From: a virus
Virus record (IMG/VR): IMGVR_UViG_3300046535_001697
Location: 1-64,000 of that record
Direction: 5' to 3' (one strand)
Length of the DNA stretch: 64,000 nucleotides
Made by a program: the position numbers and the translations under genes. Positions 38,868 to 48,189 of this stretch are shown here, piece by piece; position 1 is the stretch's first letter, and each line of letters opens with the position of its first letter. The notes beneath the pieces were generated by a model. That model was given only the letters and a program-made list of their open reading frames with translations. It did no database searches and had not been told where the DNA came from.

Positions 38868-39230
38868 TCAGTGCTGGTTGAAGCCGCCGGGTTGGTGCTG
38901 GGCGGTTTCGGTGCTGTGGCAGGGCTTGCAGATGCCGCGCATGCGTTCGGGGGCGTCGGGGTCGGGGACGCCTTGGGCGAGGAGGTCGCGGCGGCTGGTG
39001 GGCCAGTGGTCGGCGACGGTGGAGGGGCGGCCGCAGCCGAGGACGCAGTTGGGGTCGCGGGTGAGGACGGTGGCGCGGGCCTGGTTCCAGGTTCGGCCGC
39101 CGTAGCCGCGTTGGCGGGCGGTGCCGCGTCGGGCGTCTGCTTGGCGTCGGTGTTCGTCGCAGCGGCCGCTGTCGGTGTACTGGGGGCATCCGTGGACGGT
39201 GCAGATGGTGAGTGCTCGGCCTCTGGGCAT
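38868..39230 (-). CDS. HNH endonuclease (HK97 gp74-like terminase accessory)
   Basis: C..GC, RC.EH, RQRGY, ADH, CKPCHS. Confidence 0.85.
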   Translation of the reverse strand: MPRGRALTICTVHGCPQYTDSGRCDEHRRQADARRGTARQRGYGGRTWNQARATVLTRDPNCVLGCGRPSTVADHWPTSRRDLLAQGVPDPDAPERMRGICKPCHSTETAQHQPGGFNQH

Positions 39231-39286
39231 GGTGGTCACCTGCCTCTACGCTGGGCGCCCTTGTTGTCCCGATGTGGGGGTGCGTG

Positions 39287-39577
39287 ATGGTGGATCGTGT
39301 GGGCCGGGCGTTGTTGACGGCGGGTCTGGCTGCGGCGGCCTGTGGGCTGCTGTACGGGCTGTGGTCGGTGGGGCCGTCCGGTACGGATTGCGGGTCGGCG
39401 TTCATCCAGAAGGCGCGGGACAGCGTGGCGTGTGTGGCGGCTGTGGAGGGCCGGACGAACACGGCGTGGCTGTTGATGATCTCGGGCGGGTCGGTGGCGG
39501 CCGGGGCGGTCGTGCTGACGCGTGAGCCGGCGTCGGCGAAGCAGGCGGCCGCGCCGGGGGCGTCCGACCCGGCGTGA
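39287..39577 (+). CDS. Small membrane protein (antisense moron)
   Basis: Two TM segments, CGS...C motif. Confidence 0.55.
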   Translation: MVDRVGRALLTAGLAAAACGLLYGLWSVGPSGTDCGSAFIQKARDSVACVAAVEGRTNTAWLLMISGGSVAAGAVVLTREPASAKQAAAPGASDPA

Positions 39578-39605
39578 GCGGGGGCCCGGGCCTGGCCGTC
39601 GCCGG

Positions 39606-39893
39606 TCAGGCCCGAGGCGGCCAGTGCCAGGTGCCGCCGGCCGTGGGGTCCTCGGAGTACGGGACGGCCGGGTCGAAGAACATGCCGGTCGGGTTGAGGA
39701 TGCAGAGGCTGGCCACGATGGGGAGCGATGTCCCGTCGTTGGGGCAGCCGTCGTAGGGCTCCTGCTCGAGGTGTTCGGGGACCGCGGTGACGATGGCGGC
39801 TCGCGGCAGCGGCTGGTACTTCTGGGTGCCGTCGGGGAGGACGGGGCTGCCGTGGCTGACGTAGTGGACGATGCGGCCGATGGTCGGCTTCAC
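39606..39893 (-). CDS. Conserved phage protein
   Basis: PTIGRIVHYV...RAAIVT...GTWHWPPR. Confidence 0.8.
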   Translation of the reverse strand: MKPTIGRIVHYVSHGSPVLPDGTQKYQPLPRAAIVTAVPEHLEQEPYDGCPNDGTSLPIVASLCILNPTGMFFDPAVPYSEDPTAGGTWHWPPRA

Positions 39894-39928
39894 GCGGTCT
39901 CCTGAGGGGTTGTGGGGCGTGGCGCTGT

Positions 39929-40237
39929 TCAGGCGACGCGCCAGCCTCCGTCGCGGCTGTGGATCATGTGGGCGCCGCAGCCTGTGCAGAGGGCGTTGGC
40001 CCGGTTGTCGGTCATCGACGTGATCTCGACGGGGTCGTGGGTGATGCAGGTCCCGGTGCGGCGCAGCGCGATGGTGAGGGCTGCGGGGGTGCCGGGTTCG
40101 GGTTGGATGCCGTAGAGGTCGTGTTCGAGGACGGCGATGCGGGTCGGGTTGGGCCGGGGGGCCGGTTCGGGGTTGGTGTGGCGGTCGCGGAGTTTGGCGA
40201 GGGCGTTGCGGACGGTGGCGGCGGTGAGTGGGGTCAT
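39929..40237 (-). CDS. Hypothetical protein
   Basis: GGAG RBS; RIAVLEHDL, CTGC. Confidence 0.6.
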   Translation of the reverse strand: MTPLTAATVRNALAKLRDRHTNPEPAPRPNPTRIAVLEHDLYGIQPEPGTPAALTIALRRTGTCITHDPVEITSMTDNRANALCTGCGAHMIHSRDGGWRVA

Positions 40238-40256
40238 CCGGGCTGCTCCCGTCCGG

Positions 40257-42422
40257 TCAGGTGATGCTGAAGGCGACGCCTTCGAGGTGGGGGTGTTCGG
40301 GGGTGGCGGTGACGTCGATCCAGGGTGTCCAGGTGCCGGGGCCGAGGGTGATGGCGCCGCCGTCGGGGCCGATGAGGAGTTGGGCGTGGGGGATGCCGTT
40401 GACGGTGGCCCAGGTGGCGGTGTGCCAGTCGCCGGTGGTGGGGCGGTCTCCTGGGGGGAGGATCGCGATCCGGACGGGGTAGCTGGAGGGGTCGGTGTCG
40501 GCGTAGACGGGGAGCTGGAGGAGTTCGGTGCCGTCGCGGTCCATGGCGTTGCTCCTCGCTGCTCCGCTGGTCCATCGGGTTCGGTTGCGGCCGGGGGTCC
40601 AGCGGGTGCGGGGTGGGCCGGTGCGGACGGTGCCGAGCTGGTGGCCTGTGCGGGTGGGCCCGTTGGCGGTGTCGAGTTCTGTGGCGCGGCCGGGGGTGAG
40701 GTTCTTGGCGCGTCCCGGGGCCTGGCCGGTGCTGGTCTCGGCGGCGGGGGTGACGGCGATGGTCCGGCCGGAGCGGGTGGAGCCGAGGGCGGTGCTGGTC
40801 TCTGTGGCGGGGGCTGTGCCGAGGCGCTTTGCTGCGCCTGCGGGGGTGGCGGTGTCGGTGCCGGTGGCCGCGGTGATGCTGCGGGTCTTTGTGCCGGTGG
40901 CGGGCCGGGCCGTGCTCGTTTCGGCGGCGGTGCCTGCCGGGGTGTGCTTGGCGCGTCCCGGGGTCTGGCCGGTGCTGGTCTCCGTCGCGGGGGCCGTGGT
41001 GGCGTGCTTGGCCCGGGCGAGAGTCTGGGCGGTGTCGACGCTGCCTGCAGGTGCCGCGGTGAGCCGCTTGGTCCTGGGGAGGGTCTGTGCGGTGTCGACG
41101 CCGGCGGCGGGGGTGAGCGTGGCGCGCTTGGTCCTGGGGACGGTCTGCGCGGTGTCGATGCTCGCGGCCCGGCCGGGGGCGAGGGTTTTGGTTCGTGCGG
41201 TGGCCTGGGCGGTGCTGGTCTCTGCGGCGGGGGTGACGGCGATGGTGTGGCCGGCGGCCGGGTTGACGTTGTCGATCTCGGCGAAGTCGCTGGTGCCTGC
41301 GGAGCGCTGCGACTCGAAGTAGCCGATGAGGGTGCCGAGGCGCATCCACTGGGTGGGTGTGGCGATGGTGCGCTGGGTGGTCCAGGTCGTGTTGTCGGGG
41401 CTGGTCTCCATGAGGAGGGAGCCGCCGGTCTCACGGAAGCGCCACCAGGCGTGGGAGGTGGCGTTGTAGGTGAGGGTGGTCGGTGAGGCGTCGGAGCCGC
41501 CGACGTTGTTCCGCAGGACGAGGTTCCCGGTGACCGGGGAGTACTCGAATTCCAGGTTGGTGTTGGAGATGGTCGGCCCGGCGGAGAGGTAGGCGCTGAA
41601 GGTGACGGTGGAGCCGCCGCCGGCCGCGGGCAGGGTGGGGACCTGGAAGGCGAGCTGGGCGCCCTGGATCTCGTAGGCACCGACGGTGTACATGTCGGCG
41701 AGGGTGGTGGTGCAGTTGATGCGGGCCCGGCCGCCGGTGCCGCTGACGCCCGCGGTGGTGTTCCACAGGGTGCCGCTGATGCCGGTGGCGAAGGTGTCGG
41801 TGAGGGTGGTGATGGCGGGGGTGAAGAGGCCGTCGGCGCCGGAGAACTCGATCCAGCCGGGCTCGGTGGTGACGGCGGTGTCGCCGGACGCGAGGTCGGT
41901 GCCGCCGACGTTGCCGTAGTTGATCGTGGCGTTGTACGTGGTGGCGAGGGCGTTCGCGCGGTAGCCGATTTCGGCGACGATGCGGTCGCCGACCTGGACG
42001 GCGACGGGTGTGACGGTCTGTGCGCCCGCGGTGGCGCCGGTGGCGGTGGTGGTGAATTCCGTGGCGCCGATGTAGTCGGTGAGGAGGGTGCCGCGGGGGG
42101 TGTCGGAGTCGCCGGACGTGACGTAGACGTGGAGGTGCCAGAACCCGTTGAGGTCGACGTTGGACTCTTTGACGCCGATGGTCCACTGCACGGTGCCGGA
42201 CAGGGTGCCGGCTTTGACGGCGCCGGCGCTGATGGAGCGGTGGAGGAGGATGTCGCGGTCGGCGGCGGTGGATCCGACGTTGATGGACGACGTGCCGGCG
42301 GAGCCCTGGGGCTTGCGTCCGAGCAGTTGGATGTCTTCGCCGGTGGCGACGTCCCAGGCACCGCGTCGGGTGGTGGGGGTGTAGGGCGGGGCTGCGGATG
42401 TCAGCCAGAACCTGGTGGCCAC
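40257..42422 (-). CDS. Virion fibre-like protein with Thr/Ala repeats; internal start at 40544
   Basis: Lectin-like N-terminal half, about 20-aa repeats, GAGGAG+ATG at 40544. Confidence 0.7.
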   Translation of the reverse strand: MATRFWLTSAAPPYTPTTRRGAWDVATGEDIQLLGRKPQGSAGTSSINVGSTAADRDILLHRSISAGAVKAGTLSGTVQWTIGVKESNVDLNGFWHLHVYVTSGDSDTPRGTLLTDYIGATEFTTTATGATAGAQTVTPVAVQVGDRIVAEIGYRANALATTYNATINYGNVGGTDLASGDTAVTTEPGWIEFSGADGLFTPAITTLTDTFATGISGTLWNTTAGVSGTGGRARINCTTTLADMYTVGAYEIQGAQLAFQVPTLPAAGGGSTVTFSAYLSAGPTISNTNLEFEYSPVTGNLVLRNNVGGSDASPTTLTYNATSHAWWRFRETGGSLLMETSPDNTTWTTQRTIATPTQWMRLGTLIGYFESQRSAGTSDFAEIDNVNPAAGHTIAVTPAAETSTAQATARTKTLAPGRAASIDTAQTVPRTKRATLTPAAGVDTAQTLPRTKRLTAAPAGSVDTAQTLARAKHATTAPATETSTGQTPGRAKHTPAGTAAETSTARPATGTKTRSITAATGTDTATPAGAAKRLGTAPATETSTALGSTRSGRTIAVTPAAETSTGQAPGRAKNLTPGRATELDTANGPTRTGHQLGTVRTGPPRTRWTPGRNRTRWTSGAARSNAMDRDGTELLQLPVYADTDPSSYPVRIAILPPGDRPTTGDWHTATWATVNGIPHAQLLIGPDGGAITLGPGTWTPWIDVTATPEHPHLEGVAFSIT

Positions 42423-42453
42423 GGCTCACCGCCTCCCGGGCTTGTGAGGGTGG

Positions 42454-42903
42454 TCAGGCCGCGGAGGTGATCCGGATGAAGTCCGTGATCGTTGCCGTCA
42501 CATCGCTGCCGTCCGGGGTGATCACGAAGTCGACGAGGACCCACGGTACGAGGTTGGAGTCGGTGCCGGTGGTGGTGTCGTTGTCGAACGCGAACAGGAG
42601 TTTGGAGATGGCGTTGCCGGAGGCGGCGGTCCAGGTGATGTCCGCGCAGTCCACGGCGTACCTGTCGTTGGTGTTGTCGACGGCCCCGGTGACGCTGGTG
42701 ATCGTCTTGCGGCCCATCGTCGTCTGCTCGTTCGTGGCGCCGACGAAGAACGCGGCGACGTCGGCCTTGTCGCGCAGGACGCTGTCGGCCTCGAGTCCGC
42801 TCGTTTCGACGGGGATGACGATGAGGGCGGCGTTGCCGGTGCCGACGGCGTCGGCGAACGCCTTGGAGCGGCCGAGGGCGATGTTGGGGACGATGTTGGC
42901 CAT
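42454..42903 (-). CDS. Putative virion structural protein
   Basis: GGAGG RBS; CADITWTAA, DFVITPDGSD. Confidence 0.7.
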   Translation of the reverse strand: MANIVPNIALGRSKAFADAVGTGNAALIVIPVETSGLEADSVLRDKADVAAFFVGATNEQTTMGRKTITSVTGAVDNTNDRYAVDCADITWTAASGNAISKLLFAFDNDTTTGTDSNLVPWVLVDFVITPDGSDVTATITDFIRITSAA

Positions 42904-42953
42904 GGTGGTTCCTCCGGCGGGGGGGTGCGGTGCGGGGTTCGCCGGGGGCCGGG

Positions 42954-43160
42954 TCAGGCTGCGGCGTGGTCCTGGAGGGGGACGAAGCGGGCCGGGCGGC
43001 CGCGGTCGGTGCACGGGGTGTCGAGGTGCCACCAGCGGGTCGTGCCCTGTTCGGCGGGCTGACCGCAGCGGGAGCAGGTGCCGGGGGCGGGCTGCCACGT
43101 GTCCCAGGTGGTGAAGGGCGCGTCGAGGGCGTGCCAGCGGTCCGGGTCGGGCTGGGTCAC
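42954..43160 (-). CDS. Small CxxC protein
   Basis: GGAGG RBS, GTGA coupling. Confidence 0.5.
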   Translation of the reverse strand: MTQPDPDRWHALDAPFTTWDTWQPAPGTCSRCGQPAEQGTTRWWHLDTPCTDRGRPARFVPLQDHAAA

Positions 43161-43678
43161 CCGGCGGCCTCGGTGGGGGTCCAGCGGACCCGGCCGTTCT
43201 CGAACGCGAAGCGGAGGCCGGAGACCTGGGCGACGCGGTCGAGGGTGGCCTGCCCGATGGCCGGGTCGGCGAGGTGGGTGCTGTACAGCTTGGCGTGGTG
43301 CTTGGGCCGGGGGCCGACCATCACCCACCGGTAGGCGCTGAGGTCGCCCCAGCCGCCGGTGTCGGTGCCGTCGGGGAGTTCGCCGATCGGGAGCCAGCCG
43401 GTGGGGGCGGGAGGGTTCGGGGTGTTGGAGGTGCCGATAAGGAACAGGCGGTCGGGTTCCCGGTTGGGCAGGTCGATGTACAGCTTGTGGGGCCAGCCGT
43501 ACTTGGCGTCCGCCCAGTGGGCCTGCGCGGCGGTCTCGGCGGCGAGGTCGTCGGGGTGGATCGATCCGCAGTGGCTGCAGGTGCGGTAGTGCTCGCCGGA
43601 CATGGGCTCGCGCCAGGACCAGCCGCCCCAGCGGTCTGCCTCGGTGCCGTGGACGGGGTCGGGGGTGTCGCTGCTCAT
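43157..43678 (-). CDS. Hypothetical phage protein
   Basis: CSHCGSIHP, KYGWPHK. Confidence 0.75.
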   Translation of the reverse strand: MSSDTPDPVHGTEADRWGGWSWREPMSGEHYRTCSHCGSIHPDDLAAETAAQAHWADAKYGWPHKLYIDLPNREPDRLFLIGTSNTPNPPAPTGWLPIGELPDGTDTGGWGDLSAYRWVMVGPRPKHHAKLYSTHLADPAIGQATLDRVAQVSGLRFAFENGRVRWTPTEAAG

Positions 43679-43758
43679 GGCACTGGGCTCCCGTGGTTGT
43701 GGCCGGCCCGGACCTGCCCCCCTCAGAGCGGTCCGGGCCGGCGGCTTGTGGAGGGGGG

Positions 43759-43953
43759 TCAGTCGTTCCGCTGGGAGGCGAGCAGGGTGTGTGCGATGGC
43801 GTTCCAGCTGTCGGCGAGGCGTTCCAGGCGCTCCATGACCGCGAGGTTCGTCTCGAGCTCGGCATTGCGGAGGAGCCGTGCGGCGTTGGCGATGGCTTCG
43901 TCTACCGTCGGCAAGGCTTCCACCGGCGGGTTGGGGACGGGCTCTGCGGCCAT
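43759..43953 (-). CDS. Hypothetical protein
   Basis: GGAG RBS, helical. Confidence 0.65.
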   Translation of the reverse strand: MAAEPVPNPPVEALPTVDEAIANAARLLRNAELETNLAVMERLERLADSWNAIAHTLLASQRND

Positions 43954-44031
43954 GGGCGTCTCCGCGGTGGGGAACGACGAAGCCCCGCCCAGGGAGTGGC
44001 GGGGCCGTACAGGGGTGAGGGGGCAGCGGGT

Positions 44032-44259
44032 TCAGGCTGCGGCGGTGCGGTTGTTCGGCAGGGGCGGGACGGGTCCGGGGCTGCCGTCGTCCTCGGCGGG
44101 TGGGAGTTCGTCGAGGTCGTAGTAGGTGTAGCGGCCGTGGCGGTGCCGGGTGGTGCGGCCTTCGTGGCCCCAGCGGCGGATGGTGCCTTCGGGGTGGCCG
44201 GTCCAGATGGCGGCGGACGCGGCGAGGACAAGGCGCGGGAGGACGGGGGCGAGGGGCAT
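44032..44259 (-). CDS. Small HTH protein at head of late operon
   Basis: AAIWTGHPEGTIRRWGHEGR...YDLDEL. Confidence 0.7.
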   Translation of the reverse strand: MPLAPVLPRLVLAASAAIWTGHPEGTIRRWGHEGRTTRHRHGRYTYYDLDELPPAEDDGSPGPVPPLPNNRTAAA

Positions 44260-44648
44260 GCCGGCGCTCCAGGGCGAGGGTGTTGTGGTCGGGAACGCGA
44301 AAAGGGGCCGCCGTGTGGCGACCCCTCGGGGCGTACGTAGACCATTCGAGCAGATCGTATGTTCACTCTGCTGCTCCGTCAACTTCCGGCCCTGGTGGCG
44401 GGACCTGCGGCGTTGCGCGCGTGTGGCTGTGCTGCGCCCGGCCGGGCCCCGGGGGTGGGCCCTTGGCGGGGCGGTGCGGCGGGGGTGGTGGGTGTTCGGG
44501 GTGCTTTCATGGCTGTGGCCCCACCCGGCGCGAATCCGGTAAAGAGTGAGCAAAATATCGGGGATGGTCGGTGGAAAGTCGCCGGTCAGCCTGCCATGGC
44601 GTACACGGACTGCATTCTTTGTGTTCGACCCGCCATCAGTTCACGGGC

Positions 44649-44888
44649 CTACTCGGGGCTGCGGAAGCTTCGGCGGACGGTGCGGGGTGCGGGGATCCGG
44701 CCGGCGGCGACGAGGCAGTCCCAGACGGTGGTGCCGGTGGCAGCGGCCGGGGCGTCCGGGGCGGGGACCAGGGTGAGGTGTCCACGACGAGACCGTTCGC
44801 ATGCTGCGGTTTCTTCTGACGGGCCGTCGGAATTCCGGGCGGCTCGTGCTGTTGCGCTGATGCCGGTCTGCTTGCCACGGTGATCCAT
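44649..44888 (-). CDS. Small protein with GTTVWDCLVAAG motif
   Basis: GGGGAG RBS; motif shared with 63048-63458. Confidence 0.5.
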   Translation of the reverse strand: MDHRGKQTGISATARAARNSDGPSEETAACERSRRGHLTLVPAPDAPAAATGTTVWDCLVAAGRIPAPRTVRRSFRSPE

Positions 44889-45077
44889 GCCGCTCCCCCG
44901 CACGTGGATGGGCCCACCTCGGGTGTGCACGGTTGGTGTGCGCGAGGTGGATGGGGCACCGATTGTTCCGGCATCAACGATCTGTTTTACAGGGGAAGAT
45001 TCGTTAGGTAATTCGACGATCGGCCCGCGGGGGCGGGGTGCGGTCGTCGCCGGTGGCGATGATGGGTTGAGCGGGAG

Positions 45078-45908
45078 ATGGATAGCATCAGGCAGCGGGA
45101 AGCGCTGCGGGCGTTCCTGCGGTGTGCCAGGGCGGCTCTGTCGCCGGAGGAGGTCGGCCTGCCCCCGCGGGCCGAGGGGCGGGGCCGCCGCGCGGTGGGC
45201 CTGTCCCAGGAGCAGGTGGACGAGCTGATGAACCGGGCCGCGGGCACGTATGCCCGGCTGGAACGCGGCTCGCTGTACGGGGTGACGCCGGAGCTGTGCC
45301 GGGACGTGGCGCTCGCGCTGCGCTTCGCGGAGGAGCAGTGGCAGGCGCTGTGGATCTACATGTACGGGCATCTGCCGCCGTGGCTGCTGCACCCGTCGCA
45401 GGCGGGCCTGGTGGGCGGGCACTGGCGGCGGGTGGTGGAGATGCACGGGGAGCCGGCGTACGTGACGGACGCGGGCTGGAACATCATCTACCACAACCAC
45501 CTGTTCGCGGCGATCTTCCCGGGGAGGGTGGCTCCGGCGAACGCGATGGAGTGGATGATGCTGTCGGCGGACGCCCGGCACCGGCTGGTGGACTGGCCGC
45601 GGGCGTGGGCGCCGAAGGTGCTGCCGCAGCTGCGGGCGGCGGTGTTGGAGCATCCGGAGAACGAGACGCTGCAGTGGCTGGACCGGGCGGTGCGGCGGGA
45701 TCCGGTGGCGGGCCGGCTGTACGGGGAGACGCACGATGCGCATCTGCAGCCGGACGGGGACGTGCGGCAGCTGGTGCACGCGGGCCGAGGGGACCGCCAG
45801 GTGGTGCAGATGGCGGCGGCGGAGCCGACGGGCAAGCGCGGTGCGCGGTTCATGGTGCTGCAGCTCGATCCGGTGGTGGGGGATCGGACGTTCGCCGACG
45901 TCATGTGA
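45078..45908 (+). CDS. MmyB-family regulator (XRE HTH plus PAS-like ligand-binding domain)
   Basis: LRAFLR..RAALSPEEVGLP, GLSQEQV, YARLERG, PAYVTDAGWNI. Confidence 0.9.
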   Translation: MDSIRQREALRAFLRCARAALSPEEVGLPPRAEGRGRRAVGLSQEQVDELMNRAAGTYARLERGSLYGVTPELCRDVALALRFAEEQWQALWIYMYGHLPPWLLHPSQAGLVGGHWRRVVEMHGEPAYVTDAGWNIIYHNHLFAAIFPGRVAPANAMEWMMLSADARHRLVDWPRAWAPKVLPQLRAAVLEHPENETLQWLDRAVRRDPVAGRLYGETHDAHLQPDGDVRQLVHAGRGDRQVVQMAAAEPTGKRGARFMVLQLDPVVGDRTFADVM

Positions 45909-45928
45909 CGTGGTTCGGGAACTGATCA

Positions 45929-45959
45929 CCGGCCGCCCCTTGTGGTGAGGGGCGGCCGG
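45929..45959. terminator. Hairpin between regulator and PKS
   Basis: CCGGCCGCCCCT/AGGGGCGGCCGG. Confidence 0.65.
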
Positions 45960-46069
45960 GTAGTTGTCTGGTCCAACGCACCGTGGGCGTGGCCGCTGAT
46001 TGGCCGGGCTTGGCCGGGCGCCATCGTCCGGCCGCGTCTCGGTGCCGGACGAGAGGGAGGGGACCTGTC

Positions 46070-47143
46070 ATGATCAGTCCCGAAGTGCGGCCGGTGTTCG
46101 TGTCCCGGCCGGCGGTGTTCCTGCCGGAACACGTGGTGACACGGGAGACGATCCTCGCCGACATGCTCACCCGGCACCCGGACCACCCCCGGGCCCGGCT
46201 GCTCCCCCGGCTGCTGGACAAGCTGCCCGCCACGCGTCGCATGTCCCGGCCGTGGGAGACCGTGATCTCGGATCGGACGTTGGAGGAGCGCAACCGCGGG
46301 GCGTTCGCGGACGTGGTGACGATGGGTGGGGCCGCCGCGCGCCAGGTGCTGGAGCTGCACGGCGTGGACCCGGGCGCCGTGGACTGCGTGGTGACCACGC
46401 ACTCCACGGGCGACGCCGTCCCCGGCCTGGACGTCCACCTGGTCGACGCGCTGGGGCTGCGCCCGGATGTGTCGCGCCGTCCGATGACACAGCTCGGCTG
46501 CGGCGGCGGCGCGCACGGCCTGGTGATGGCCGCCGAGTTCGTGCGGGCCCGCCCCGGGTCGACGGTGCTGGTCGTCGCGGCGGAGTCCCTGTCGAGCATC
46601 TACCACCACGGCGACACCGACATCCAAGGCATGATCTTCAAGGCGCTGTGGGGCGACTCCGGCGCAGCGGTCCTCGTCTCGGACCGGCCGTTCGGGCCGG
46701 GGCTGCAGGTCGACGGGCCGACGTGGGAGTACCTGATCCCCGGCTCGGCCGGCCGCTACACCAAGCGCCTCGACGCCGACGGCGTGCACTTCGACTCGGT
46801 GAAGGCGTCGATGAACTGCGTGCCGGACATGGGCCCGGCGCTGCGGGAGTGGCTGTGGCAGTACGGCCCGGAGCGGCTCGACTTCGTGGTCGCGCACACC
46901 GGCGGCGAGGCCATCCTCGCCTCCCTGGCCGACGAGCTGGAGCCCCTTGGCGTCGACACCGGCATGCTGGTCCACTCGTGGGCGTCCCTCGACGAGGAGG
47001 GCAACCTCGGCGGGCCGTCCGTGCTGGCTGTCCTGGACCGCACCCACGCCGCGCCGCCGAAGCCCGGCGACCGGGGGCTGCTCCTCGGCTTCGGGCCCGG
47101 GTTCTCCGTGTCGGCGCTGACCGTGACATGGACTGACGGCTGA
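46070..47143 (+). CDS. Type III polyketide synthase (CHS/RppA/PhlD-like)
   Basis: QLGCGGG (Cys), AHTGG (His), GNLGG (Asn), GFGPG; GGGAGG RBS. Confidence 0.93.
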   Translation: MISPEVRPVFVSRPAVFLPEHVVTRETILADMLTRHPDHPRARLLPRLLDKLPATRRMSRPWETVISDRTLEERNRGAFADVVTMGGAAARQVLELHGVDPGAVDCVVTTHSTGDAVPGLDVHLVDALGLRPDVSRRPMTQLGCGGGAHGLVMAAEFVRARPGSTVLVVAAESLSSIYHHGDTDIQGMIFKALWGDSGAAVLVSDRPFGPGLQVDGPTWEYLIPGSAGRYTKRLDADGVHFDSVKASMNCVPDMGPALREWLWQYGPERLDFVVAHTGGEAILASLADELEPLGVDTGMLVHSWASLDEEGNLGGPSVLAVLDRTHAAPPKPGDRGLLLGFGPGFSVSALTVTWTDG

Positions 47144-47261
47144 GTCGCTCCGGTCGCTGCCCGGGCCGGGCTGTCCGACCCGGGCGCCATCATGCCCCGG
47201 TGGCCGGGTGATCCCCTGGCTGCCGAACCATCCCCTCGCCTCCCCGAAGGACAAGTCGCCG

Positions 47262-48086
47262 ATGCTCCATGTCCCTCCGCCCCCTCCTGCCGCCTCGGTT
47301 GCGGATGCCCCGAAGTGGACGGACGTGATGTCCGCCTGGGGATCCCTGGGCGCGGTCGTGTTCGCCGTCGTCGCGATCGGCGCCACCCTGTGGCTGGCCG
47401 ACCGGGACCGGAAACGGTCCGAGCAGCTGCGGCAGCAGGACCTGGCCGCGGCCGCCCAGGACCGGGCCGAGGCAGACGCCCGGCTGATCGCCGAACGGGC
47501 CGCAGCGGACCAGCGACTGCGGGACGAGCGAGCCGACCGGGACCGCCGCCAGGCACGCGACTGGCAGGCCGCTGCTGCGGTCAGGCTCCTGGAGCGGATC
47601 GCCGGGATCCAGCCCCATCTCGTGCGGCTCACCAACCACCAGACGTCCCCCGTGGCGCAGCCGGACCGGACCGAGGCGATTCGGCACTTGCGCGACGGCG
47701 CCATGTCCGATGCGCTCGCCCTCGGCGACGCCAACGGGACGCTCCTCTACCGGACGCTGGCCGGTCTGGTCGTCGGCGCGACCCCGGCCATGAACGAGCT
47801 CCAGCGGACCGGGAGCGATGGCGCGACGCTCGGTGCCTCGGCGGAGATGCTGGCTCTCAACGTGCGCCGCTACTCCCGGTACGTGCGTCTGTGGCTGCAC
47901 CATCTGATCGAGCACGGCTCCATCCCGGACCACGCGGTCGGGCCGGCCCGTTCCCTTCATGCGCCGATCCTGACGGCGCTCACTGCCCAGGTCGCGTGGA
48001 CGCCGATCGAGCATCCGGCCGGGTGGGACGAGGACACCGACCTCGACCCGGACGATCCCCAGTCGAGGTTGTACCCGCGCAGGTAG
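47262..48086 (+). CDS. Membrane-anchored hypothetical protein
   Basis: WTDVMSAWGS TM segment then coiled coil. Confidence 0.7.
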   Translation: MLHVPPPPPAASVADAPKWTDVMSAWGSLGAVVFAVVAIGATLWLADRDRKRSEQLRQQDLAAAAQDRAEADARLIAERAAADQRLRDERADRDRRQARDWQAAAAVRLLERIAGIQPHLVRLTNHQTSPVAQPDRTEAIRHLRDGAMSDALALGDANGTLLYRTLAGLVVGATPAMNELQRTGSDGATLGASAEMLALNVRRYSRYVRLWLHHLIEHGSIPDHAVGPARSLHAPILTALTAQVAWTPIEHPAGWDEDTDLDPDDPQSRLYPRR

Positions 48087-48189
48087 CCGTGGTCGGGAAG
48101 CGAGCCGGCCGCCCTGTCACGCCCGCGCGCAATGATGTGCACGGCGGTCTCCCCCTCGGCCGCCGTCCCCCAGCGATCCGGAGAACACC

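Noticed and set aside
40700-41260. Repeats suggesting a DGR or shufflon
   Set aside because: No reverse transcriptase, adenine-specific variation or inverted crossover sites; these are protein-coding repeats
44345-44366. Possible LexA box near late promoter
   Set aside because: GAAC-N4-GATC deviates from consensus and flanks are poor
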